41,696 nucleotides of DNA. Source: a virus. The translations under genes and the position numbers were made by a program. The stretch covers positions 1-41,696 of the IMG/VR virus record IMGVR_UViG_3300044856_000069, one strand, 5' to 3'. The notes under the pieces were generated by a model. That model was not told the DNA's origin. It saw nothing but the letters and a program-made list of their open reading frames with translations, and did no database searches. This document shows, piece after piece, positions 30,081 to 38,706 of this stretch (the first letter of the stretch is position 1; every line of letters begins with the position of its first letter).

Positions 30081-30659
30081 TCATCCCTCCCTGATCACAT
30101 ACGTGATAGCCTTTCGCATGGTGCCGGTATCCACCAACGGCCGCTCCGACTTCTTCAACTTGATGGTCAACGGGCTGTTAGGTGGCCAACCATTCCGTGG
30201 ATCACTGAACCAGTCCCGGCAATAATCCTGCGCCGCCATCCCGCAGATGTTCATAGCCTTTTGCATTGCTGCCTCATCGCCCTTGCAGGCCGCTTTAATG
30301 ACCGCCTGAAACAACTTCCCGATGGCGTCCGCATGGGCCTCCAGTGCCGGCTCCAGCACCGGTCTGGGCGGTATGTGCCACAACGGCGAGCCGTGGCTCA
30401 TGATATACAGCTGATACGCCGCGGAATACTTCATACCCGCGTCGATCTTTGGCTGCATTTCCTCCCGCATCGACTTTTTACGCACACCGTGTGACAGAAT
30501 GTACAGCAGCTGCGCATTATTGATAGACTCGTCCTGTCGGGCCGCCTTCTTTTCCGGAATGCCGACGTAGATCTGCCTTGATTTAAGTCGTCGCAGCCTG
30601 TCTAATACCCCCAGAATGCCTCCCTGCGTCTCGTTGTGCTGAATGTTCACCGTTACCAT
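30081..30659 (-). CDS. Virion morphogenesis / tail-completion protein (HK97 gp10 / Mu G-like)
   Basis: The C-terminal NSPLTIKLKKSERPLVDTGTMRKAITYVI fits the K.S..PL.DTG.L motif. Confidence 0.5.
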   Translation of the reverse strand: MVTVNIQHNETQGGILGVLDRLRRLKSRQIYVGIPEKKAARQDESINNAQLLYILSHGVRKKSMREEMQPKIDAGMKYSAAYQLYIMSHGSPLWHIPPRPVLEPALEAHADAIGKLFQAVIKAACKGDEAAMQKAMNICGMAAQDYCRDWFSDPRNGWPPNSPLTIKLKKSERPLVDTGTMRKAITYVIREG

Positions 30660-31147
30660 ATGTACATCCCGCCTTTAGCAAGCCGCTTGGCTATGGACGC
30701 ATACAGCACCCCGAACCGGGTCAGCTTGAAGTCAGCCCACCCCGCCAGATCCTGCACCGCCGACGTGTCCAGTGAATAGCTCACACCGTCTGCCGATTCG
30801 CTGGTGACCGTACCGATAGAACTCCCAGCCGCCACGATATCGTCAGCACCGGCATCCTCCGGCACACTCCCCTGCATCCACAAGGTCAGCATGTGCGCGG
30901 TATACAGCCCGCAACAATACTCCCACATCCTCCCGAACCGTTGCTCACTGACTACCTCGTTAGTGAGGTCAATGAACATGTCCAGCACGGCACTCGGCAC
31001 CACCGGCGCCCCATCCACCACCGTCGCAAACTGTGGATAGACCGCCAGGAACTGCTCCGAGGTATAGGTGCTGTTGTTCGGCTTTTTGATGCCGGAAGCC
31101 TGGGCCCGCAAGTGCAGCAGGACCGTACCAATGCACGGATTTATCAT
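30653..31147 (-). CDS. Head-tail connector protein (DUF4054-like)
   Basis: FLAVYPQFATV...RFGRMWEYCCGLYTAHMLTL. Position follows the capsid genes. Confidence 0.5.
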   Translation of the reverse strand: MINPCIGTVLLHLRAQASGIKKPNNSTYTSEQFLAVYPQFATVVDGAPVVPSAVLDMFIDLTNEVVSEQRFGRMWEYCCGLYTAHMLTLWMQGSVPEDAGADDIVAAGSSIGTVTSESADGVSYSLDTSAVQDLAGWADFKLTRFGVLYASIAKRLAKGGMYIW

Positions 31148-31371
31148 TTCTTTTTCGCGGCGGTCTTTTTCGGTGCGGCCGCAGCAGAGCTGCCCTGCAC
31201 GATCGGAGCCTCGGCCAGCTTAACCAGCGATCCGTCTTTTACTACCAGCGGGAAAAGCGGGTCTTTTTCGATCCATTCCGGCGCGGATTCAATGTTGTTT
31301 CCACCCAGGGAAACAAACACCCGGTCCTCGCCTCCACGGAAACGGAGCTTCTTTTTTGTCAGAATCTGCAT
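31144..31371 (-). CDS. Small hypothetical head-associated protein with Lys/Ala-rich tail
   Basis: GGAGG RBS upstream of ATG 31371. 75 aa. Confidence 0.55.
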   Translation of the reverse strand: MQILTKKKLRFRGGEDRVFVSLGGNNIESAPEWIEKDPLFPLVVKDGSLVKLAEAPIVQGSSAAAAPKKTAAKKK

Positions 31372-31387
31372 GTGTACGCCTCCTCCT

Positions 31388-31422
31388 AATAAAAAAGCCC
31401 GGTCCTGAAAAGGTGCCGGGCT
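31388..31422 (-). terminator. Internal (attenuating) terminator after the major capsid gene
   Basis: AGCCCGG...CCGGGCU hairpin followed by UUUUUUAUU, 9 nt after the capsid stop codon. Confidence 0.55.
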
Positions 31423-31430
31423 GTGTAAAA

Positions 31431-32483
31431 TCAGATGCCGTCAAAGTAGCCAACCGGCTGGAAGTAGTTGAATTTCACCGGGCCCATCTGAGCTGCATAC
31501 AAGGTCAGGTAAGCGGCCTGCAGCAGATCAGGCTGGGTCATGGCGCGGGTGTTCGGAACGGTGATATCGAAGTACAGCATGTCTTCGTCGTTCACGTAAG
31601 CAACCGCACGGTCGGTACTGCCTGCGCCGGCGCCTTTGCACCAACGGCAAGGCACGATGGTCACGTCCACGCCCTGGCGCTTTGCAATGTTGTTCTCCAG
31701 AAGGTATTCTAGGATGGACTTGTCCGCTGCCTGGGAAACTTTATGCAGGCCAATGTAGGCGTAGGCTTCCGGAGTAACCAAAATGTGGTTCGGCATGCCC
31801 TTCATGTCGTACTCGGATGCGGTCCAGCCAGCAACCAGCATGTCGTTCACGTCCTGCAGGATTTCGTCCGGAGTTTTGGTGCTCCATGTGGTGGTACCTG
31901 CAGCACCGACCGCGACAGAGGTGACGGTCACGTCCGGGTTGTTAACCAGGCCGGTGGTGCCGTAATCAGTGAAGCCGGTGTACACGTTCATGTCCAGGGT
32001 TTTGTTGTAATTCAGACGGACGCCCTTGTTCATGAGGTCCTCTAAATTACGGCCGATCTGCTTGGACTTCTGCAGGTCAATAAACTTAACCTTCAGAACG
32101 TTCATCCAGGTCAGGGTCGGGAAAAGGTTCTTGTTCATGTCCACCTGAACGATAGGAACCGCATTAGTAGCAGAACCTACAATGCCGTTCTGGTTAGCAC
32201 CGGAAGTAGCGTAACCTACATCGTAGGTGCTGGTGTATTCCACCCAGCCGCCGCCAGTCTTGGCGACAATATCGCGCTGCCAGGTGACGGAAGTCAGCGG
32301 CTCGCGAATCTTCGGGTCGATTTTTTCCAGCTCGGCCTGCAGGAACGCCATGCCGGAAGCAACGGCGGCGTCTGCACCGCGGCCATACCCGCCCTTCGGC
32401 TGGTAAAATTTGTGGCCGCCATGACTCATCGCGTAGGACGCAGCCTGGGCCAGATTTGCGTCAGGTAAACCTAAAAATGCCAT
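31431..32483 (-). CDS. Major capsid protein (DUF2184-like), 350 aa
   Basis: ATG at 32483 with GGAGGT 7 nt upstream. Size and position follow the scaffold and cement genes. Followed by a terminator. Confidence 0.7.
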   Translation of the reverse strand: MAFLGLPDANLAQAASYAMSHGGHKFYQPKGGYGRGADAAVASGMAFLQAELEKIDPKIREPLTSVTWQRDIVAKTGGGWVEYTSTYDVGYATSGANQNGIVGSATNAVPIVQVDMNKNLFPTLTWMNVLKVKFIDLQKSKQIGRNLEDLMNKGVRLNYNKTLDMNVYTGFTDYGTTGLVNNPDVTVTSVAVGAAGTTTWSTKTPDEILQDVNDMLVAGWTASEYDMKGMPNHILVTPEAYAYIGLHKVSQAADKSILEYLLENNIAKRQGVDVTIVPCRWCKGAGAGSTDRAVAYVNDEDMLYFDITVPNTRAMTQPDLLQAAYLTLYAAQMGPVKFNYFQPVGYFDGI

Positions 32484-32498
32484 AATCAATACCTCCTC

Positions 32499-33014
32499 TT
32501 ACGGATTTACACGGGTCAGCACGGTGACCTCGCAAATGCGATCTGCATCCATCGCGCCGGTGGTCCATTTTACGTTAGGAAGCAGGACAGTGTTGGAACC
32601 ATCTGCAGCCGCCTCGAAGCCGCCAACTACGCCGTTAGCAACGGACGCATTCGCAGCGATACGAACGTATACAGCCCCGCCTGCGGTCGGAGTGCCAACG
32701 TTGCACACTACAGTAACGGCACCGCGGGTCAGCGCGTCCATTACCTGGCCGGGCTGATATTCCACAATGTTCTGGTTGAAATAATTGGTGGCGTTCTTTA
32801 CCACGCGAACGGCGATGCCGCCAAAATCAGCAGCCGTGAAGCCAGCACCAACCAGCTCGTAGCTGTTGTCGCTGTTCAGCTTCACACAGGCACCAAAAGG
32901 TACCGCAGCGGAGCTGCTCTTCAGTTTACGCGCCACGGTTACGTCATCCGGGGTGCGTGCATAGTTACCGGGGTAGCCATACCCCATAGAAATACCGATC
33001 GCTTTACCAGCCAT
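32499..33014 (-). CDS. Head decoration / cement protein (DUF2190-like)
   Basis: 171 aa, Gly/Ala/Val-rich and beta-type, between the scaffold and capsid genes. Confidence 0.45.
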   Translation of the reverse strand: MAGKAIGISMGYGYPGNYARTPDDVTVARKLKSSSAAVPFGACVKLNSDNSYELVGAGFTAADFGGIAVRVVKNATNYFNQNIVEYQPGQVMDALTRGAVTVVCNVGTPTAGGAVYVRIAANASVANGVVGGFEAAADGSNTVLLPNVKWTTGAMDADRICEVTVLTRVNP

Positions 33015-33016
33015 GT

Positions 33017-34261
33017 TTATACCTCCTTCTTGTAGTGCGGATTGTATTTTGCCGCAATCTCACGGCCCAGGGCCGCATCGTCAACAGGTTTGGAATCTTT
33101 TGCCCGGCGGGTAGCCTTCTGAATAGCCACGTAGCCGGAGTCGCGCACATTGCCGCGGATCATCTGCGCCAGTGCGTCAGCAGCCCGACGACGCTGTGCT
33201 TTATTCGGGATAGCAGCCACCACCGGACGCAGTGCTTTGATGGCTTCAATAGCAGCATCGCGCGCGCCGCAGCCGTCCTCCACAGCGTCCCCGGATTCTT
33301 CTGCTTCGATCAGGCCGTCAGCAACCGCGCTCTGGGCCTCGTTGATTTCTTCCGGATCCGCTTCCACAGCGTCCTCATCTTCAACGTCTTCCCGGTCGGT
33401 CAGCTCTTCCTCCAGGGCATCCAGAGCATCGCCTTCCTCTTCGTCGACGTCCGCCTCAGTACCGGCTTCTTCCTCTTCTTCCGGAACCGTGTCCTCAGCC
33501 GGCGGCGCCAGTCTCGCAGTCAGATCTGCGAGCGCATCTTCAATGCGTTTAAATCTGGCTTCTCTGGCTTCATTCGGGTCTTCCGGTTCTGCAGGGCTTT
33601 CATCCTTGCCGTCACCGTTGACCAGTTTCGCAGCCTCCAGCGCTTCTTCCGGGTCGGCGTCCTTGGCGAACGCAGCCCACATGCGCTGTAAAATATTACC
33701 TTTGCTCATGCGTTTTTCGCTCCTTTCCATCGCATTGTCATGTATGGCCACGCCGTGGCCGGCGCGACCTTTATCCACGACAGCAACGTGGTTCCCGCGA
33801 ATTTCTCTTTGTTCCAAGGTGTGGTCGCCAGTCGGAACCCACAAGCAGTTGTACCCGCATGAGATTTCACGTTTGCCATCTTGAACCGCGCGAACCAACG
33901 CGCCATCGTGAATAACTAAATCAGCCACCAGGCAGCCTTCATACTTGCCTGTGCCTTTCCGGACGTCCCGCACAACGCCCCGTGTGTATTGTCCGTAGTT
34001 TTCAGACGTCACGTCTTCATCCGGGTGGTTTTCCGTTACCGGCTTACCCTCAAAAGACGCCACCGCCGCCGGGGAAAAGACCTCATCTGCAGGACGGTTC
34101 ACCTTGAAAATTTCATCCGGGCGCTCGGTCTGTCCGATCTCCCGTCCCAGATAGTCCTGCACGCCAACGCGCGCGATGGGTACATCCCTGCAAATTAAAA
34201 AGCCCTCTGGCGTGCGGCTTATGCTGTCAGAGATGCGGCTTCCATAATATGCGGTTTTCAT
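33017..34261 (-). CDS. Scaffold / prohead-core protein (DUF2213-like) with acidic C-terminal half
   Basis: N-terminus EGFLICRDVPIARVGVQDY...FEGKPVTENHP. Long Asp/Glu-rich tract. Confidence 0.55.
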   Translation of the reverse strand: MKTAYYGSRISDSISRTPEGFLICRDVPIARVGVQDYLGREIGQTERPDEIFKVNRPADEVFSPAAVASFEGKPVTENHPDEDVTSENYGQYTRGVVRDVRKGTGKYEGCLVADLVIHDGALVRAVQDGKREISCGYNCLWVPTGDHTLEQREIRGNHVAVVDKGRAGHGVAIHDNAMERSEKRMSKGNILQRMWAAFAKDADPEEALEAAKLVNGDGKDESPAEPEDPNEAREARFKRIEDALADLTARLAPPAEDTVPEEEEEAGTEADVDEEEGDALDALEEELTDREDVEDEDAVEADPEEINEAQSAVADGLIEAEESGDAVEDGCGARDAAIEAIKALRPVVAAIPNKAQRRRAADALAQMIRGNVRDSGYVAIQKATRRAKDSKPVDDAALGREIAAKYNPHYKKEV

Positions 34262-35106
34262 GCTGCAGCAGCACCTCCTATCGCTTTAAACTGTGCCAGC
34301 GTCATCATCTGGATGCGCCCGCCATAATAGACCTTGTGCGGCCATTTGATATCGGTGAACAGGATCAGCGGCTCCGGATAGCATCGGCAATTGAAAATGT
34401 CGCCTGCGTGATAACTTCCGTAGGTCCGGTCTTCGCCGGCCAGGGCCTCCGGGCTCGGCGGGTCGTCCCAGCTTATGAGCACACCGTCCATGAGCCTGTG
34501 AGAGTCTCTGACGCGCGAATCTTCTTCGGACCGCCATACATACCAGCGGATGCCTGCCGCCTCGCTACGGGCCTGTGTGAGCACCGTGGACGCCTTGCTG
34601 GATTCGGTCCTTGCTATCAGCATCGCGTGCGCCCGGGTCATATGCGGCCATTTTTCCAGAACGTCCTCCATGATCGCTTCAGGGCGCAGGCCCTCGTTGG
34701 CTTCCCGGGCTACCATTTCTGTAACCTGTTTTGCCACCCGCTCCGGCATGGATTTGATCACTTCCGCGTTTCTGTCCACAATGTCCCAGAACGCAGTGCC
34801 GACTGCAGTCTGCCCCAGCTCTGTCTGCAGAGCGTTATATACGACGCGCCCTTTAGCCCCGGACCGGGCCGCCTCCCGCCACGTTCGGTGCCCGTCGGAA
34901 AAGATGTGCGTCGCAATGGACCGCGCCAATATAGCCGCTGCTTTCTGGTAGGTAGGGCTGCGGGCGTACCTTCGGATAGCCGCAGCTATTAAAAAAGGAC
35001 TCCGGACCCGAGATAACTCGGTCCGAAGCCCTTCTATCATTCGCGCCAGCGCCACGCCGTAACGGCGCTCAACTGATCGCTTTAATTGCCATTGTGGATA
35101 TCTCAT
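34258..35106 (-). CDS. Minor head protein, MuF / SPP1 gp7 family
   Basis: MLIARTESSKA...WYVWRSEEDSRVRDSHRLMDG...NCRCYPEP. Confidence 0.8.
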   Translation of the reverse strand: MRYPQWQLKRSVERRYGVALARMIEGLRTELSRVRSPFLIAAAIRRYARSPTYQKAAAILARSIATHIFSDGHRTWREAARSGAKGRVVYNALQTELGQTAVGTAFWDIVDRNAEVIKSMPERVAKQVTEMVAREANEGLRPEAIMEDVLEKWPHMTRAHAMLIARTESSKASTVLTQARSEAAGIRWYVWRSEEDSRVRDSHRLMDGVLISWDDPPSPEALAGEDRTYGSYHAGDIFNCRCYPEPLILFTDIKWPHKVYYGGRIQMMTLAQFKAIGGAAAA

Positions 35107-36350
35107 TTTTTCAGCTCATTAAATACCGCATCAAAAGCGTCCCCGGAAACATCATTCAAAAGAATGTCTGACAAATTTTTCTGCCGGTCTTCATCAAACC
35201 CGAGCCCCGGATCGTTGATTTTTTGCTGCAGGGCACCAACGGCCTTATGGAAATTACCGTCGGCCATGTACATCTCGGACTTCAGCATCATGGCCACCAT
35301 TGCGTGGTCGTTTTTCCCCTGCTGAATGTACTTCTTAGTTAGGTCGTCCATTTTTTGACCAGAAGCAGCAGCGCCCTGCGTTTTTGCATACTTACGCGCA
35401 GCCTCGATCTTAGGTCTTGCCTTTTGCAGTGTGGCGGCCGGAGCCGCAGCAGGCTTGGCCTGTTTTTCCTGCTTTTCTGAAGCCTTCATATAGGCTTTCT
35501 CGGCCTTGATCGCTTTTTGCTTTGCCATCTGCATGGCCTGCTTGTAAATTTCCGGATTCCGGTACAAGTCGTGCAGTCCTTTAGCATTCTCGGTAAAAGC
35601 TACATACCTGTTAAACGCGTCCTTGTACTCATTTTCTAACTGCTCAATGCTTTTTTCAGGTTTCGCAGCCTTCGGTTGCGGTTTGGGAGCCGGCTGCGCA
35701 GCCTTTGCCAACTTGCGCGTAGCCGCGATCTGCGGGCGGCCTTTTTCCAGCGTGGCCTTGGCAGCCTGGAACTTTTTCTGCTCCGCTTCCAGCGCCTGCT
35801 TCTGCGGATAAAGCTGATTCATGGTCTTCTCGTAGTTTTTGCGGCGCAAATCATCACGACGCCCGTTCAGGCCATACTCCTCATTGATATCCCGCTTTTT
35901 TTGCATCAATTTGTCGTATTTGTCGCTATACTCCTTCATCAGGCCCTTGCCTTTTTCTTTTACGCGCTCAGCCAGGCTTTCCATTCCGGGTTTGTTTTTT
36001 AAACGGCCGTAAGCATGGCTATAACGCCAGTCTTTTTGATGGTTATCCCAGAGATTCTGAATGTCTTTATCGACGTCCGCCTTTAGCTTTTCACCGCGAG
36101 CCATGTTACTTTTAAACTGTGAAACTGCGGTTTTTTTCGCTTTTTCAATTCCGGCATTTACACCAGCCAAAGCGCTGGACACGTTCTTCAATTGCTGGAC
36201 CTTCGCCTTCCCGCCGGACTGCGCCTTGATCACCGTCGCACCGCCTCCAGACGTGAACTGCCCATTGTCCGCCCGTTTGTGCTTGGACTCGTCCCATTCT
36301 GCATCACACGCACGGATGCGTTCCAGGTTTATCTGCGTTTTATCAGCCAT
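35103..36350 (-). CDS. Lys-rich helical virion-associated protein (possible internal/ejected protein), 415 aa
   Basis: GGAGGT RBS and its own promoter. The N-terminal motif DAEWDESKHKRADNGQFTSGGG is shared with the portal extension. Contains internal duplicated ATL(E/Q)K(G/A)RP(Q/K)I modules. Confidence 0.6.
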   Translation of the reverse strand: MADKTQINLERIRACDAEWDESKHKRADNGQFTSGGGATVIKAQSGGKAKVQQLKNVSSALAGVNAGIEKAKKTAVSQFKSNMARGEKLKADVDKDIQNLWDNHQKDWRYSHAYGRLKNKPGMESLAERVKEKGKGLMKEYSDKYDKLMQKKRDINEEYGLNGRRDDLRRKNYEKTMNQLYPQKQALEAEQKKFQAAKATLEKGRPQIAATRKLAKAAQPAPKPQPKAAKPEKSIEQLENEYKDAFNRYVAFTENAKGLHDLYRNPEIYKQAMQMAKQKAIKAEKAYMKASEKQEKQAKPAAAPAATLQKARPKIEAARKYAKTQGAAASGQKMDDLTKKYIQQGKNDHAMVAMMLKSEMYMADGNFHKAVGALQQKINDPGLGFDEDRQKNLSDILLNDVSGDAFDAVFNELKK

Positions 36351-36381
36351 GACGCGTACCTCCTACAATTTCGTTGTGGTC

Positions 36382-36410
36382 ATGTTAGCTCTGACTTTTT
36401 GAAAAGTCAA
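36382..36410 (-). promoter_or_regulatory. Promoter-box copy P2 (TTGACT-17-TAACAT) heading the head-tail-lysis operon
   Basis: Minus strand: GGCTTGACTTTTCAAAAAGTCAGAGCTAACATGACC. The 18-bp near-palindrome TGACTTTTCAAAAAGTCA overlaps the -35. Confidence 0.55.
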
Positions 36411-36432
36411 GCCTTATTTTTTTAATTTTGGG

Positions 36433-36464
36433 TATAAAAAAACCGCTGGTGTTTAACCAGCGGT
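36433..36464 (-). terminator. Strong intrinsic terminator between the portal unit and the head genes
   Basis: Perfect 9-bp stem ACCGCTGGT-n5-ACCAGCGGT followed by UUUUUUUAU on the minus strand. Confidence 0.75.
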
Positions 36465-36470
36465 AAAGAG

Positions 36471-36680
36471 TTACATGGACAGCAGGTCCACCATCGACGC
36501 GGCCAGCCGGAGCCTTTCGGTTTCCGGACCGTCCGGTGCCTTCGCGACTTCTTCAATCTCGATAGCGGCGCATTTTTCGTACAGGTCCTCCAGCGCATCA
36601 TCGTCCATCGCATTCAAGTCGTCCAGCGTGAGATCGAATTCAGACTTTAAAAAATCCAGATGTTCTTGATTTATTCCCAT
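36471..36680 (-). CDS. Small highly acidic protein, 69 aa (candidate immunity/antidote or DNA mimic)
   Basis: AGGAGG 7 nt upstream of ATG 36680. Starts 41 nt inside the portal 3' end. Translation: MGINQEHLDFLKSEFDLTLDDLNAMDDDALEDLYEKCAAIEIEEV... Confidence 0.65.
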   Translation of the reverse strand: MGINQEHLDFLKSEFDLTLDDLNAMDDDALEDLYEKCAAIEIEEVAKAPDGPETERLRLAASMVDLLSM

Positions 36681-38706
36681 CCTTGCGCCTCCTGTACACA
36701 TGCATGACACTCATGATCTGCCCGTTTCCGTCGACAACAACGCGCTTGTTGTCCTTTTCATAGCAGGTCGTGTTCGGGCGGTTTCCCGGAAAAGACCGCG
36801 CCGCGGTCTGCAAAATGTCCATAACCTGCCTCGGCGGGATATCCCTGCCAATCATACGGACGTTTGCATGGCTCGTGATCTTCGTGATTTTTCCACCCGG
36901 AAAAGAGCGCCCGAGCAATTGTTTTTTAGCATTTCGCATATTAGCATCATACTGGCCAGGTGTCAAGTCCTCTTTTACGACATTGTCCCCGGAAACAGTT
37001 TTTAATTGCTCGATTTGGGCCTGGACCTCCGGCGTGCTTTTTTGGTTCCAGAGCGCCGTGAGTTTCTGACGCGCCTGGTCGCGTTCGCCTTTGTTTTTAC
37101 CGACGCCGGAACCGGCCCTAAACTTTCCGTCGTCGCCCCGAGGGTGCTCGGATTCATCCCAGTCTGCATCTAAAACATGAAATAAGGCCGCGTCGCGCCC
37201 AGATTCGCCCGCTGTCGCATTTTCGTTCCCGGCCCGACCACTTCCTTGCCCCGGTTCGTTTCCGGGCCGCTGTGGCGGTTTTGGAGCGTCGGTTTTTTCG
37301 CCGCCCCCAAAATCCATGCCCGGCGGCATCATTTCACCCGGGTCCTCGATCTCATCCGGTGCTTTTTCGATGTCTTCGTCGGTAATGTTCGTCCAGACGC
37401 CGGTCCGTTCTGACTGCTGCTTCAATTCCTGCAGGCCCGTGCGCTTGGAAATCATGCCGGCATTCAGCGCAGCCACCACATTGTCGGTGCCGGTCTTCGC
37501 CAGCTCCATGCGCTCCTTATCGGACGGCTCGCTAACCGGATTGAAGTCGAAGTCAAGGTCGTCCGGTACCGCCCCAAACATCGACACCATGAACGGCGGC
37601 AGCAGCTTATTCAGGATCGGCCGCAGGATGCTCTCCTGCTTTTCACCAATCATGTCGTAGTAATTCTGCAGGTCGGATTCACCCGTAGCGTTTAACCCCG
37701 ACGGACTCCGGCCGAACAACTTTGTAACCGGAATCTCGGCAGCGCCGGAGACATCCATTATAAATTGCTGATAGCAGTCAGCCAGGCCGCCGAACGTATA
37801 CTGGTGTGTTTCAAAGCCGTCCGCAGCGTCCATGATCTGGATTCCCATGTTGGACGCCAGCCAATTCTGTGCGGTCAGCGTGCGGTACAGCTCCGCCTGG
37901 CTCTGCGGGTCGGTGGCAGCAAGCGTCTGCCCGATGTCATTCATCTTCAGCACCCGCAGGTTTGCGAGAAACGTCAGCTGCGCGATGTTCCAAGAAACAT
38001 TATCGCGTTTTTTGAGCTCGTCAAACACCGACTCGATAACCGACGCGCCCCAGTACAGCTCCGCCTGGCGCTCCCAGAACGGTAGGTTATTACCAACAAA
38101 CCGGATGCAGCGCGTGTGGTGCACCCGCGTCATGGCCCCGTCCACCGGGTCGGTCACGATGTACGCGTCAGGCAGCCCATATTCTGGATCTGAAATATCG
38201 TCCACCAGCTCGCTGGACGGACTAACACCATTCCATCGGTCCAGAATCATAAGCCCCTTAAAGTCCCCCGGAACCATCTCCTCCAGCGCCAGCGGCATGG
38301 CCAACTGCTCCGGGCTGCCCTGGCCTTTGATTAGCATGATGCCAATGGCCCCGCCATACAGACGGCCCCAGCACAAGCCCTCCTGAATCTTTTTGATGAG
38401 CTGTGTGCGTCGTAGCTCCACGTCTATTTTTTTGATGAGGTCCGGAGCCAGACCCGACGTGATGGTAATCCAGTTTTTCAACATGTCGGCCGGAATGATG
38501 TCCACGATGCGCCGCACGATCCAGGAATCCCGGTACATGGCGTTCAAAGTACCGAAGTCGTTGGTCATACGGCTCATAACATACTGCGTGCTGTCTAACA
38601 GGTTCGGCGTTCCGGCACCCAGGCGCGCTAAAGGATTGCTGAATCCATCAAGCGCCGTCCCGCGCCGCACAACCAGCGCCTGTGCGATTTTCTTTTTTTT
38701 ACGCAC
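36640..38706 (-). CDS. Portal protein (DUF1073-like) with a ~175-aa C-terminal extension ending in a RelE/DUF4258-like domain
   Basis: Portal core NAMYRDSWIVRRIVDIIPADMLKNW... Low-complexity linker, the DWDESEHPRGDDGKF motif, and the tail ITSHANVRMIGRDIPPRQVMDIL...KRVVVDGNGQIMSVMHV. GTG start at 38706, 6 nt after GGAGGA. Confidence 0.75.
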   Translation of the reverse strand: MRKKKKIAQALVVRRGTALDGFSNPLARLGAGTPNLLDSTQYVMSRMTNDFGTLNAMYRDSWIVRRIVDIIPADMLKNWITITSGLAPDLIKKIDVELRRTQLIKKIQEGLCWGRLYGGAIGIMLIKGQGSPEQLAMPLALEEMVPGDFKGLMILDRWNGVSPSSELVDDISDPEYGLPDAYIVTDPVDGAMTRVHHTRCIRFVGNNLPFWERQAELYWGASVIESVFDELKKRDNVSWNIAQLTFLANLRVLKMNDIGQTLAATDPQSQAELYRTLTAQNWLASNMGIQIMDAADGFETHQYTFGGLADCYQQFIMDVSGAAEIPVTKLFGRSPSGLNATGESDLQNYYDMIGEKQESILRPILNKLLPPFMVSMFGAVPDDLDFDFNPVSEPSDKERMELAKTGTDNVVAALNAGMISKRTGLQELKQQSERTGVWTNITDEDIEKAPDEIEDPGEMMPPGMDFGGGEKTDAPKPPQRPGNEPGQGSGRAGNENATAGESGRDAALFHVLDADWDESEHPRGDDGKFRAGSGVGKNKGERDQARQKLTALWNQKSTPEVQAQIEQLKTVSGDNVVKEDLTPGQYDANMRNAKKQLLGRSFPGGKITKITSHANVRMIGRDIPPRQVMDILQTAARSFPGNRPNTTCYEKDNKRVVVDGNGQIMSVMHVYRRRKDGNKSRTSGFFKV

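Noticed and set aside
33150-33884. 244-aa Ser/Ala-rich plus-strand ORF (also 33035..33691)
   Set aside because: It is a mirror image of the Asp/Glu-rich scaffold region on the minus strand. The compositional artefact has no start context.
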